Shown piece after piece: positions 12,601 through 26,349 of a stretch of DNA of 64,000 bases. Below the pieces are notes generated by a model. The model made no database searches and had not been told where the DNA came from. It saw only the letters and a program-made list of their open reading frames with translations. The translations under genes and the position numbers were made by a program. The stretch comes from Podarcis erhardii. Lineage: Eukaryota. The stretch lies in assembly GCA_964252035.1 (NCBI GenBank), contig OZ176201.1; one strand, 5' to 3'. Position 1 is the first letter of the stretch. Each line of letters starts with the position of its first letter.

Positions 12601-12863
12601 ACTTACTGGAGCTTGTTTAACTCATGTTAAATCTATTTGTTTGAAATTACAGTGGTACTTATAAATGTCAAATGATTTCTTGAGGGGAATGAAATGTCTG
12701 AAAAACAGTGCCATCTATTCTCATTCAAGATGTGTCCTGTACTGTATCTCTGAATAAATTGGGGTTTGAATATTAATTATATTTTATCATTGACTTGTGA
12801 CTTTCCTTTTAAGAGCAAGTTGGCTTGTTCAACCAGAGGAAGTAATAATACTGGTTTTTTTCA

Positions 12864-13150
12864 TATTTTTTTTTAATAAATATTTATTAAGGTTTTTAAA
12901 TATCAATGCACAAATAATAAACAGTCTTACTTCTGTCACAAACATAATTTCATCAATTCTTTGGACTCCCTCACGTCTCCCGCTCCCATTTACATCGTTA
13001 AAAGTTTTTTCCAGACAAATTATCAACTTGTTTGCAATCTCATGTCCACTCATTCAGATATAATCCAGCACTTCTTCCAAAAAAAATTATATTTTCTTTA
13101 GTCTCACTTATCATCAAATTTAAATCTAATTTAATGGTGGCCATTTTTTT
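12864..13150 (-). mobile_element. 5'-truncated polyadenylated retroposon (probably an L1 3' end)
   Basis: Perfect 19-bp TSD ataatactggtttttttca at 12845-12863 and 13151-13169; minus strand ends with AATAAA (12883-12888) and an A tail. Confidence 0.75.
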
Positions 13151-14594
13151 ATAATACTGGTTTTTTTCAATGCTGAATTGATTCTTTTAAATTATTATTT
13201 ATATCATTATTATTTTTAATTTTATTGTTATTACTAATGCAACTACTTTTAGTTTTAACAATATCATCATCACCACCCCACCACCATTATCATTTTATTT
13301 AATTATTTTTAATTCAGAAAGTTATTCCAGATGTTGCAGAGGTTCAAGATCTAAGAGCTTGCAGTAGCTTAGACTTAAAAATATTTTCCACCTAAAGCAA
13401 GTTATAGAAAGATAAAAATAACACCAAGAGCTACAATGTTTCAAGGTCCACAGAATGAGAAGCCCAGCTCTGTGGCTTTGTGATATACCATTGTGTTCAA
13501 ATTGTTCTGAATTTTTTCAGTTTTATACACACTGCCAAGTTTAATAGACCTGTTAAACTGCTGAAACTGAATGTAGAATAACTGCACATTCCCACATATA
13601 TCCCCTTGCCTAGCAGAAACAAAGTGTATTTTTAATGGACAAATAGCTTCTAGCCCCCTGTATGAATTACTTTAGCTTTAGCCTGGCATGCACAACAAAT
13701 TTTATAGTAGTTAACTCCAGTTGCAGCTGGAGGAATTTGTTTTCTATATTAGGACTGCCTTTAGACTTAATGAAACCCAGCTTTATATCCAAACCTCAGC
13801 CTATATCCAAGCCATGCTTAAGTACACAATAGTTTGACTATAGCATTGAAACTACACTTCAGCCTGATGTTGTGTATACTCCAAACATTTAAAGCAAATT
13901 CTCCTCTACCCCCAAATAATCCTGGTAATCCTGGAGATATTTGTTAAGGATGTCAAGAATTGTGCTCTGTGAAGTGTAAACTACAATTCCCAGGACTCTT
14001 TGGACAGATGTGCTTTAAATGTTTGGTGTGCACTTGCAGAAGTGACTCAATACACCACATCCTGCCTTGGTAAGTACAGAAGAGGTGTTTAGCTATTTTA
14101 ATAGAATACACCTAGGCAGCTTATTTTCAGTTAGAGACTGTCAGGACACGAAATACATTTTGTTACTATCTCTACTTCCCCATCTCTTGCAGAACTGCAC
14201 AAATTCCTTAGCACAGGTTATTTTAACTCTTGCTTATAGATAAGACTTCCGGCTGCTACCAGAATGTGGGCATTAGAAGGGACACTGTAGTAGAGGCCTG
14301 TCAAAACTGCAGACTTTAGGACAAAACTGCAGACTTGGGGAGAAATTTGATGCCCTGGTACTCTTCAGTTTCTGATCCCATTCTCTCTGCCTTTCAGTCC
14401 ACCCTCTCATACTTGAGCCAGCTCCCTGCCCTATGCCAGCAGAATCCGCTATAGGACCCAGAAGAGGGTATTTGCTTTGCAGGATCTAACTAGGTAGTTG
14501 AGAACCGTTACAGAGTTCTACTGATCCCTCTACCTATTTGCAGACTAGATCTCTGGCAAGAAGATATCCAGAAACAGTTGTTGTGCCCCAAAGC

Positions 14595-14797
14595 CAGAAA
14601 TAGAGTTCAGTGGTAGAGCACATGCTTTGGAAGCAGAAGGTATGAGGCTCAGACCCCGGCATCTCTAGGACCAGGTAGAAGGTTGTGAGAAATACTTCTT
14701 CCTGAGACTTTGAAGAGCCACTGCAAGTCAAGAGTGTATAATACTGGGCTAACTGGACAAACTTACCTGGTGTAAGGCAGCTTCTTAGGTTCCTAAG
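14595..14797 (+). mobile_element. tRNA-derived SINE with CR1-like tail
   Basis: Head gttcagtggtagagca...gctcagaccccggcatctc and tail taaggcagcttcttaggttcctaag; related copies at 42413-42587 (-) and 50726-50925 (+). Confidence 0.7.
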
Positions 14798-15146
14798 CTG
14801 TTTTCCAGCTTTTCATTGTAGGCCACAGAGGACCTTTCGGTGCTAGAAAATGGCTGTAAACAATGGAGATCCTAGACAATGATGCACAAATCCCAGGGAA
14901 AGTGATAAGCCTTCCTGTCTTGCTGCAGGAACTTAATTTTTCTGGATCTTAAGTTTGACTTTTGAGACAGTTTGCCAGAGTTTCATTTTTTAAAAGCTGG
15001 CACGTATGAAAGATTAAAGCAGAAAATTAGGGAGGAACAGTTGCCTGGTAGTGCAGACTCTTTTGTTATCTGGAGTTCTTAAACACACATGTGGCATTCA
15101 TATCTGGCAGGATTATGTCCATATTTTCCCCTCCATTAGCATCTTA

Positions 15147-15178
<32 letters not shown>

Positions 15179-15397
15179 ATTTTATTTTATTTTTTCTTTT
15201 TCTGAAACAGGAAGAGAAAATCCATTCTGGAGAGACTCTTCTTCATGTAAGTGTTATTAATGCTCGTTAATGAAAATAGCGAAATATTAGCAGTGCAGCT
15301 CAAATGTTCCAGAACTCCAAATGTTCACCATCTGCTCATAGGACAGTAAAACTGCTTGCAGAAAATAAACTAATGTCATGTAGTGATAAATACTCAG

Positions 15398-15398
<1 letters not shown>

Positions 15399-15447
<49 letters not shown>
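15399..15447 (+). repeat. (ATT)16 microsatellite
   Basis: Perfect run; source of the poly-Leu in ORF 15304-15537. Confidence 0.97.
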
Positions 15448-15860
15448 GAGGGTGGGAACTACATAAGAATTGGGGCTGCTGGAAGTGGATGTCTGCTCCC
15501 TCTAGCAGAGCCTCTTCTTACTCCTGTGTATAGTTAAGGTGATCTGTGATCAGAACATGTGCACAGATCATCCCATTCTGGATCAGTGTTTTGTTTTGCA
15601 TATATTCTTACCAACTTTGTGAAGTGGGGTTCCTGTTGTTTCAAATTTACAAATTTAGTGGTTGAGAGCGCAAGCAATTTGGGCCAAACTAGAAATGCTG
15701 CTGTTAGTAGTAGTAGTTATTGTCGTTGTCGTAGTATTAATAGCCAACAAACTCTGACTTGAATTTGCAGTTTGACAAAAGTGCTGGGTTTCATGTGAAC
15801 AAGAAGGTAACTGCTATTGCCCTCATTTTAGAAATAGAAGTTGATGAAGAGTAATCAGCA

Positions 15861-15960
15861 CTGCAATCACAGGTACACTTACTAGAGAGTAAGTCCTTTC
15901 TCTCTTTTTGAACTACATGGGACTTACTTCAGAGTAAATATGCTTAGGATTGCACTGTAA
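15861..15960. repeat. ~95-bp palindromic interspersed repeat (MITE-like), copy
   Basis: tgcaatc ... gattgca termini; inner gagtaagtcc / gggacttact arms. Confidence 0.7.
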
Positions 15961-17436
15961 GAGATTTCTCCAAGGCCATAGAGCAAATCAGTGTACGAGC
16001 TCAGTGTAAATTTTCCTGCTGCCATTCCTGTGCTGAAATACACTTTGTTTTTCTTGGATTATATATCATAATCCAAGTTAGTATTTGCAAAGTTGGCGTG
16101 TGCATATGTGCGTGTGGCCTCAGATAGTATGTAGATATTGTAAGCTTTTTCTACGATTTCTTGGCATTACTTGTTGACAGCCATGAATATAAGTATATAT
16201 AGACACTTACCAGTCCCCTTCCCCTTCAAAGAACAGCAACAGGATGCAGTCAGTCTGCTGATCTTTGCATCACAGGGCAGTTTGAGGTCTGGCAAACTAT
16301 TTATTTACATGAAACAGTGACTCACCCTGGATGAATGAGCAAGAGTCTTAACCACTAGGTTGTGCTAGAGAGCCAGTCCCAGCAGCCATCAATGTTGTTG
16401 TTTTTAGTTGCATTATGCAACTCCTTTTACTAAATGTTCCCTTCCTCTGCATGAGCATCATTCTCAGACCAAATGGAGCAGCAGGTTGCGGTAAAACAGT
16501 TATATATTCTGCTCATGGACTTGGCTTACTTTCAAATTCTGGCTGGTTATTTGCAAAGACGTTGTCTAAGCCCATAAGTTTGGGTACACCCACTGAGACT
16601 TTACACTCATGCACACATACCCTTCTTAATAGTAATAACCATGCCGTATCTCAAACTGCTTATGAGTTTCCCTTCAGTTTCACCACACATCGAGAGGGCT
16701 GCTGTTTGCGAAACACAGGACTAAAAAACCCCTTGGACACATTGAACTAGCTGCACAGTTCTTTTGAAAATTTGTCTCTGTGTTCAAAAACTTAATTAAA
16801 CTTGTAAATTTAATAAAAGTAAGGATTCACTTAGGTTTAAGTTTTTTGTTTTTGTTTTGATGGAGCAGAATCTGCTTTGGAGAGGAAAATTATTGCATTC
16901 CTTTGTGGTATGGAGTCTGTTTTATATGACATTCTCTGTGCTCACTAACTCAGTGGCAAACTCAGGAATGTTAGCCCTGGGTAAAGGTCTAAGAAAACAA
17001 TAGTGGGGTTTTTTAAAAGTATGTAAGTATTTAGCTATAGTGCTGCCTTATGTTTGCATAACAATGGGTTCATGTAGCTAAAAGCTATGGTAACAAATGT
17101 TCTTATGGGGCTGAAGTACTAGTTGAGCTAGAATAAAAAGCAGCTTGTGCAGCACACTCTCCATAGGTAATCATTTCTGTACTGAGTACCTCCACTTGTA
17201 GAGGCAAATTTGATTGCAAACATCTTTTCCCTTCAAGCCATGGCCTTGTTTTGCATGATAAACTAGCAGTGCATTCAGATTTAAGGGGACATTGCAAAAT
17301 ATTGCGATGAGGAAAATGGAAGAATTTCCTCCTTTCTGCCTTAATTCTCAACAGATGTGGGTATAGGTTTTGAAGATTTCCCTCCTTGCCTCTGCCTCTT
17401 GGGATGTATGAGATGCCTGCCAGCCACACCATAGGC

Positions 17437-17573
17437 TAGTCTTTGCCAACTTAGTACCCTCCAGGGGTGAGAGGAGTTGTAGTTGAACATCTGACCATTG
17501 GTCATTCTTGCCGGAGCTGAGGGGATTTGGAGTGCCCAACACCATCTGGAGGACACCAGGTTGGGGAAGGCTG
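17437..17573. mobile_element. hAT MITE
   Basis: ~28-bp imperfect TIRs; TSD ccataggc (17429-17436) / ccaaaggc (17574-17581). Confidence 0.75.
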
Positions 17574-20500
17574 CCAAAGGCTAACCATACATCCCAGGCC
17601 ATGGTTAGCCAAATTAGAAAAATGGACGATAGAACCCCATTTTGTGCGTTTTTCCTACTACAGTACAGTGGCACACAGTCCATTTGCACATTTTATCCTC
17701 TGCAATGCAACATGCTAGGGTCCCAACATATGCCATTTAATAAGATGTTTCTCCATGGGAGCAGTGTTTAAAGTGATCCACTCACTGTCATTATTGCCAC
17801 CTCTTGATCCAGCATTTTCTGCGCCTGGTGAGCCTGATAGCAGTAATATTAATGGCAACTGAATGCAGGGACTTTGGTGAGTGGTTAGGGGTAAAATGGT
17901 GCTGTCCAGAGAAAATTAAAGTTTACCTGTAGGAATGGGAGAACTGGGATCTACACTTCTTGGAGGAAACTCCCAGCCTAGACAGGCAAACCCAAGAAAT
18001 GAGGAGCAAGCATAACATAGAATCTCAGTCCCCTTGGCCTCATTGGATGTCATAATTGGCCAGCTCAGTAAGGTGCATGGCCTCTCTGGATGGGTTAGCA
18101 TGATAGAGAGACAGAATTTCTAAACTATTAAACTATCACCGTTCCTATTTTCAAATGAGGGTTAGCTGCATGTGGATGTGCTTTGGATGTGCTGGACAGC
18201 AGAACTAGTGAAGGGAAAGGGTCAGACTGGATGCCTACATACCACTGAGGTATGCAGGGAAATTGTGGGTCTTGTGTTTTTAAATGGCCTACTACACACA
18301 TGCCTTCCCAGTAACCCTCAAAAACAGGCTGAAGACAGTGTTTTCACATGCTCATTGCCCTCCAGCTACCTTGAAGTGTTAGTAACCTAGAGCAGCACCC
18401 ACACATGAGTTCTCGGCCCCTGGAGTTGGGAGGTAGGCTAAAGGCCAGTCTGGTGTGTATTTTCTGTACCCATCGCTGGATTGGGAAAAGGAATTGGCTT
18501 TAGAGAATACTCTGTTCTGAGCCATTCCTTGGGCTCAATTTGCTCTTTGCAAAGGCCATTTAACCTGCAAAATGTAATGCTTCCTCATTGTGTAAAGGGG
18601 GCAGAGGAGGCATTAGCTCCAAACTTTCCCCTCCTTCAAGTTTTTTAAAAAGCAAGGAGGAATGCCATGTTGTGCTTCAGAGGACAAGAGAAAGGAAGAA
18701 CAGGTGTCCATTCTCCAAGCCCAGTTCCTCTACAGCTTGAGCAGGGCATTTTCCTCATTTTCCCCCTTGCCCTTTTCCTTCTCACTCTGTGAATACCTTT
18801 CACAGATCTACATGTAGAAAAGGAATGGGATATAACAACAACGAAAAAGGGAGATAAATACACAGACTGCAAAAAGTGCCATGGGTCTTGATTTGTACGC
18901 ATATGTACCGTATTTTTTGCTCTATAAGACTCACTTTTTCTCTCCTAAAAAGTAAGGGGAAATGTGTGTGCGTGTTATGGAGCAAATGCAGGCTGCTCAG
19001 CTATCCCAGAAGCCAGAACAGCAAGAGGGATTGCTGCTTTCACTGCGCAGTGATCCCTCTTGCTGTTCTGGCTTCTGAGATTCAGAATATTTTTTTTCTT
19101 GTTTTCCTCCTCCTTCCTCTTGTGGTCTGGTGCGTCTTATAGAGCGAAAAATACGGTATCTCATGTGTGTACAAACCTGGGTGTGCATATAATATATAAC
19201 AGTGTGCCCCTTTATTACCTGCTTAGGCATGTATCAGTAAAGTAAAACTGGAAGTCTTGATGCTTCCTTTTCTGCATCTCCAGATAGCCTGTGAAGGCTC
19301 TTCTTCATGTACATCTTTGTATACATTTATTTTTGCTCATAATCTCTATAGTGTTTGTGGCTTAGTGCTTTGGCTTTTTGGACTGCTGCAGCATGAATTT
19401 TTAAATGGGAGTTAAATGCTCTCATGAGAGTTAAAACAGGCACATTGTCAAATACTAGATTTGTTAAAATGTACAGTAATTTTGGAACAGTATCCTCTTC
19501 TTAGTTAAGATATTTTCCCCTTTTTAAAACTTGACATTTAACAGAATTAAATCCTCTGCAGCAGTGTTAATTTTGAGGGAGTAGTGTATAGCCCTTAAGT
19601 ATAAATACTTCTTAAGGCAGTTGTGCTCAAGTATTTCAGAGATGGTGGAATGATCTGAGCCTTTTCAGACAGAAATGCATTCTCAGAGATGGTCTTTGTC
19701 AGGATTTAGGATTGTTTTTTGAAGCAGGTCATTTCTTAGTATGGAAAGTGGATTGCTCATAGCTATCGCCAGTCTCATTTGTAACTATAATGCTAAGAAG
19801 GAACCATCTTACTGTAATCATTTTGCGTCAAATACTACCATCATTCATTACTTTCTATCAGTGCCTCACCCTATGGAGGAACCAGCACTGCCCATCCGCA
19901 TTGAGGAGGGGACAGAAGTTCCAACGGGTGAGTGCAGCTAAGGTGGGATGCTTGTGAAATGGGGGGGGAGGCATGTTTGTACATGGAGCTTGATGCCTCG
20001 TTTGTGTTTATCCATATGTCACTCAGAGTTCTAGGAATGTTATCTGCAAACATTTACAACATTTTTTGTCCCCCTCCCAAATGTGGTATGTTGGCAGTGC
20101 CAGCCCTCAGATGATCTACAGAAAAGTTGCACCATTTCCAGTCACCAACTATGCTTCTGCCACATCCCATCATTACATCCAGACTTTGCAGCTCTCATAA
20201 TTTTATTGCCAGTCTAAGGGGTGTGGACATTTCTAACTATTCAGCTTGCAAAGAATGAGGTACACTCCAGAGTATGTGGCCCCATTGATAGGAATGTCTA
20301 AGTTGCCCTGGATTGCTCACAATATTTTACAAATATTCCGGTAGATGACATAGTTTTCTTCCTTTAATTTTGAATAATTGCTCTTTATTCTGTCTTTTCT
20401 GAGAAATTGTCTGTCATAATGAACATATGTAGGGGAACCTAGGAAGATAATAAAACCGACAAATGCTTAAAGCAGAAAATGTTACTTACCTGTTACAGAA

Positions 20501-22647
20501 GGCACACATATAATTTCTCAATTTGAGGGGAGAATAATTCACCCAGAATAATTTACTGTTACAGCATTTCAGATTAGATTTATTGGGCAACATACATAAT
20601 GGAAATTTGCTCGTGCAACAGGACTAACACTTTCTTTTCTCTTTTCCACCCTGCAGCCCCCCCCCCGCCCCCAAAATCTGCTCCAGAAGATTCCCCCAAC
20701 ACACCAGAGCAGATACTGGGGCCATTTGTGGGGGGAGGCTGCAGGGGAGAGGAGAGAGGAAGGGAAAGCTTTGTTGTGCAAGCTGACACTCACTGCATTG
20801 AATCTCACCCTTTTGTTTAAAATCTGGGTTCACCTCATTGGAGTCAGATAAGGATACTATCAAAATGAGGAATGCTTTATTCTGAATTTTGATTGAAAGC
20901 ACCTTTGACTTCCTTAAAAAGCAGCACAAAATCCATGTTTATTGAAAACTGCTGTCATCTCCCAATCGCTCATGCTTTGTCTTATTTCCCTGTTCTGCAA
21001 GCAAACTGGAAAAATATGCATTTAATTTTATTTTTTAAAGTCTCATTTTCTGTTGTTTTGCTTTTGTAAAGATGTTGCCATAGCAAACTTCATTCACATC
21101 TCCATAGCATTATTATTATTAGTAGTAGTAGTAGTATGAAATTGCAAACATTTTCCACTTGGTCATAGTTTCATTTTTCTGCCACAAGGTAAAAGAATAA
21201 AAATTAAAAATGCAAATTACATATTAAAGGTTGAGTGACCATAACCATGGATATCCATTAATTTTGTTCAGACTGGTTGCTTTGTACCCTCTTCAAATTA
21301 ATGTTGTGGTTCTGCATGCTTCTGAATGCAAAAAGTGTGTGTGAGATTAACACAAACTAAATATAAATAATGGTATCAAAAGCATTGTCTGAAATCAGTG
21401 GCAACTAATAGAAGAGATAAACAATTTCTTTCTGTCTTTCTTGCTTGCTTTCTTTCACAGTAATTTTCAGTATAGGTTTTTACCACTTCTTGGTAAGAAT
21501 GTTCAGGGCAAGTAGGCTCCATGTACCATGACAGAGCCGGACAGTTCTTTTTCTTGATTCAGGAATTGATTCCACATTCACTCAAGTGAAACTCCTAACT
21601 GAAGTCAAAATTAAAATCAGTGGCTTTGTTGCTGTTGTTGTCTATAGGTGAAAGTGTAGGTTAAGTTCTCTGTTTGCAAATTCTGCTTTGCAAAGCATGA
21701 TATATAGAAGTCGGCTGCATGTTTCGGTTTCTTAGAGAAATGAAATGCTTATTTTAATCCTGATCTGATTAGCCAACAGAAGGATTTGCAAAAAGCAACA
21801 GTGTAGCATTTTCTTGCATCTGATTGCCAAAGTTTTTGTTGGTAATAAATATTGTGCTGAAAATAATTTTCTGATTTAAAAATGGATCTTCTATCACACA
21901 TTATTCAGGGAAACTGTTAAGAATTACACAGATGGCTAGTGACTTATATGACCCCAAGGTTATATGCAGAAGATTTGAAATTTGGAAATAACTGGTAGAC
22001 CCATAAGTATAGTAAAATATATTCCTATTACAGAATCATTTTAACTATAAGAATAAATGTTTCCTCATCTTAAATGCTTATAGACATAAAGGGCACCCCT
22101 ATGCATGTAGGCCTCATTGACTTCTAATTGGGACTTGCTCCTAGGTACATATGCATAGGATTTCAGATAAACAACACATACACAGGTCCTAGGCTCCTCT
22201 ACAACCAGCTTCCTTACTAATCCAGTGTTTCCATTCAGCTATCCATCCTTCCTACTCCCTTTTCCCAGGCTTGTGGAGAGTTTATAGTATTGCTATCCCT
22301 TGGTCCCAAAGGATTTCCCTGGCTTCTTCCCATATAAAAAGGATTGAGAGATGCCAGTTGGCACACTTTCTGACTAGGGAGGGGAAGTTGTAGTGGAGTG
22401 TGTGCCTCAGGAAGTAGCGGCAGGTGCTCAGTTGGGGCAGTGGTCATATGTAACAGATGACTACTCCCTCACCACTTTGAGCATATCTGTGCCACAGTCA
22501 TAAATTGTTGTTGGGCACCATGGCTTTAGCCAAGTGTTATCTTATTGATGCTGACTGTTGGTGATCCCAGAAGTGCTTTTTCTAGGATTTATTTGGATAC
22601 GGTTTAAGGTCATGCCAGAACCATTTCTAGTGTGCAATGCAGACATT

Positions 22648-23055
22648 GGCCTGGTGCACATGAAATGCTAAGCCAAAACTTGGTTTAGTGAGACCATGCA
22701 ACTGTGTGGGCTGCTGGAGAAGAGCCCCTAGCCACTTTTCTCCTCCAAATTCTTCCCTCCATGCTGAGCAAAGCCAAGGTTTGAGTTAGTGTGCCATCCA
22801 AACTGGGATTTGTGGTTAGGTTCCACTTACCCACAAGTTGTAATCAAGGCTTGTATTTTGTTATAGCTCTTGGTTAGTGAGGATAGGAGCTTAACCACCA
22901 GTCCTGGTTTGGATGGCATGATAAACTAAGCCTGCTTGGCATGGTGCAAAAGAACTAGGAATGAGCAAAGCAGCTGCAAACCCTTCTCCAGGAATGAGTA
23001 CTCCTTTGGTCTGGGTAAGTCAAGGTTTGGTTTAACTTGTTATGTGCAACCAGCC
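22648..23055. mobile_element. Diverged non-autonomous DNA transposon, possibly PIF/Harbinger-like
   Basis: Imperfect terminal inverted repeats ggcctggtgcacatgaaatgctaagccaaa / tttggtttaacttgttatgtgcaaccagcc; TSD unclear. Confidence 0.4.
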
Positions 23056-25866
23056 AGTCTTTCAGCCACATTCTCGCATACCCATTAAGTAGCTACTTAA
23101 GTAGTCTCTGGAGTAATTAAATTAGTCATGATGCTGTTGCCGCATAAGAAAGGAGGGGGGTTGATGAGACTGGAAATAAGAGGAGAAAGTGTCTTGAAGC
23201 AGTAGCAGGGGCTCACTTAGCATGTCAAAGGGCACCCTATGAATGCTACTTGTCTAAAATCAGGGCAGGAGTAGCCATTTTAATGCACCATCTTGCTAAA
23301 GGTGCAGTGGAGAATCCAGTGAGTGGGTGAGCTATGGAGAGTGAGAAATCAACGTTGACTCTAGGGAGTGAGTCAGTCTGTTCTGTACCCACATAAGTGC
23401 ATAAACAGTAGACTTCTGTCTTCTTTGCTGCTGTTTCACCATCAGCGTGCATGTCTGTGGCTAGGAAAGTAAGGAAACAACAGATGATGAGAGTTTTTTT
23501 GAGGGGTGGGTGGGTGGGTGTGTTTCTGCTGTTTTGCCACTCAGAAAAGAACAAGTAGTTCAGTGTGAGTTTCCTCACTAGCAGTTTTATGTAGCTTAGA
23601 GCATTTTCTCTGTAGAAACATCCTGATCCCTTTCTGTTTCACCTTTTGTTCCCAGCATTCTGGTGACTGACCATAGAACTTCATTTCCTCTTTCAAATAT
23701 GATAAAATCTAGTTTCTGTTCAGTTGTTTCTTTTTTCTTTTCCCCTAAATGGAAGCCCAACTCTAAATGAAGCAGATTGTAGCAGACTTCATAAAGAAAG
23801 ATGTTATCAGACACCTTCAAGATATATCCATTAGCTGTTATTGGTTCTTTTTATCATCCCAGTAGCTCTGATCTGTACTTCCATTTGTCTGTACCCACAA
23901 ACCATGACATTTGCCTTGGTGACTGAGTGGCAACTGAAGTAACGTATCCTAGTTGTCATGATTGTGTGAAGCGGCTAGTCCTCAAAGCTTCGCTTCCTGA
24001 CTGGTAGCAGCCATCCATAATCTCAGATGGCTTTTCGTCCTTAGCCATGCCACTTGAGATATTTAACACACACACCTAGAAATCCCAGGGGCAGAATCCA
24101 TAATCATTTTTATGTGCTTTACCACTGGTATACCTTCATCAGCACAATTGGATGCCTTCATCTGCCCCAGCTGCAACAGAATATGCTTCTCCCCTGTTGG
24201 CCTCTACAGCCACAGCAGGTGCTGTAACTCTCTAATGCTTTGACTTCATCCCTGAAGACTCGCTCCTTCATTATTTCCCGATGGATGCCAACCAACCACT
24301 GAGCTATGGCCCTGTTTCCAGTTTTAGAGCAAATTACATTGTTAGTGATGCAATGAAATCTCTAATAATACACTAGATTTGCTGTGTAACTGTACTGTGT
24401 AACCTGGGATGGTTGCTCTTAATAGGGGCCAACATGAAGATGTTAACAGTGCCTGCCCACATTGTTTCTGACCTCTTCCCATTGTGCCACACAAAATACA
24501 TTTCCGTCTGTGATTGTCAGGGCAATGGAATGATTCTGACGTTGCATGCTGTGACATCATTGTCAGGCAAAGTGTGCTCTGGTTGTGGATGGGAAAGTGG
24601 CCTGAAGAACAAATCACTGATGCAGATAGTTGATGGCGGCACATAACGAGCTGAAATGAAATAGAAACAGAAGACATTCAGATGTACTCCAGGCAATATT
24701 AAATGTGTGTGAATAGCATTTGTGAATGCCTGCCTTCTCTGTATCCCAGAATTTTAAATAAGAGGCACTTGTCATTTGAATTGCACCTAATACTGTAAGT
24801 TTTTCAGGTGCAGTTAGTCGCCTCTGAAATTCTGTCCAGCACCAAACAGTAACATTTTGCACTCTTGCATCTGGAGTGATGATGTAATGATCAAAGCAGC
24901 AGTTTATCAAGAGAAAGCAGCAGGAAGGTTGTGCTCCTTTCTGGATTATTGTCAATCATTAGCCTTTTAGCTTGCTCACCCCCAGGGGTGTTAATTGAGA
25001 TCAGAAGTTGGTTTGTTATGAACAAAAACAGCCTTTAACCAGGCCACTTCTCCTTACTGAATTAACAATACTTGCAGCAGGATATAACAGCTTTCAGTCC
25101 TTCATCTGTATTCTGTTGATGCCTGCCACGATTTCTTTCCTGCTCTGTTAGTTTATGGAAGCAGTCCTGATGCCTAAAGAGTGTGGTGTTGTTTTGACTC
25201 TGGAGAGCAATGAAAGGGAGGCCTAGATGTCCTGTTTCTGGGACAGTGTCTGATAGTGAGTGTATTCCAAGCACGCCTACTTCAAAGATCCATTCCTTTC
25301 ATGGTATGGAAAACATGTCTTCAAACAGATTTATGTGGTGAATTTTGTCTCCACTTAATATACCCACACTTTCTCAGGAACAATTCTTGGGATCTCATGA
25401 TGGTTTAAAAATGTGTACTGCACCTGTGAAGAGCCCAGTTTTTATGGGACATTGGGTTTGTTTGGGTGATCATGACTTGGCCAAGATATGAAGAAGCTTT
25501 TTGCCTAGTTAGGTAGCCCCATAACACCTCCTTTTATGCAAGCTGCAGGTCTCCAATTAGCCCACAGTTTCCCATATTAACTGGGAAACTATGGTTATCA
25601 GCCTTGGAACAAGCCAGGATCTTAAACCATGGTTATTAAACTGAGACACAATGTGTCTTTAGGGAATCCCAGGTAATACTACATGCAGACAATAATGACA
25701 AGATGAATTGACCCATAGCATGGTAGGGTCAATCTGGAGGTGACAGATGGGCAGCTTTGATACTAAAGAGCCTCAGTTTAACACTGCAAACACTTTGCAC
25801 TTTTTGGCTAAATTGCAGCCTAAACATGTTTGGCAAGATAGGATGACTCTGTGCTATCTGCTACAG

Positions 25867-26117
25867 CATGGGTAGGCAAACTAAGGCCTAGGGGCTGGAT
25901 CCGGCCTAATTGCTTTCTAAATCCGGCCCGCGGACAGTCCGGGAATCAGCGAGATTTTACATGAGTAGAATGTGTCTTTTTATTTAAGATGCATTTCTGG
26001 GTTATTTGTGGGGCATAGAAATTCATTCATTCTCTCCCCCCCCAATATAGTCTGGACCCCCACAAGGTCTGAGGGACAGTGGACCGGCCCCCTACCGAAA
26101 AAGTTTGCTGACCCCTG
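25867..26117 (+). mobile_element. hAT MITE (same family as 40695-40935)
   Basis: TIRs catgggtaggcaaact / agtttgctgacccctg; perfect TSD tgctacag (25859-25866, 26118-26125). Confidence 0.9.
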
Positions 26118-26349
26118 TGCTACAGGAAAGTGCTACTTTAGGCAAGATAGGATGACTCTGTGCTATCTGCTACAGGAAAGTGCTACTTGCTCGTTTCTGC
26201 CTCTTACTCATTTATTAGCACTGTTCTGTTCCAGCATTATTAGCCAGTCAGATTTTGGTGTCTGATCTTACAGTATAAGCCTTCATGTAACATCAAGCTG
26301 AAATGATGAGAACCTAGCTAAATAAAAAGAGTTGTATCTTGTGCTTGTA

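Noticed and set aside
14595-14660. tRNA-like sequence (also 42540-42587 and 50726-50790)
   Set aside because: Degenerate A/B boxes continue into SINE bodies; no complete cloverleaf.
20600-21017. Additional TonE matches (TGGAAATTTGC 20600-20610; TGGAAAAATAT 21007-21017)
   Set aside because: This degenerate motif is expected many times by chance in 64 kb of AT-rich DNA; no positional support.
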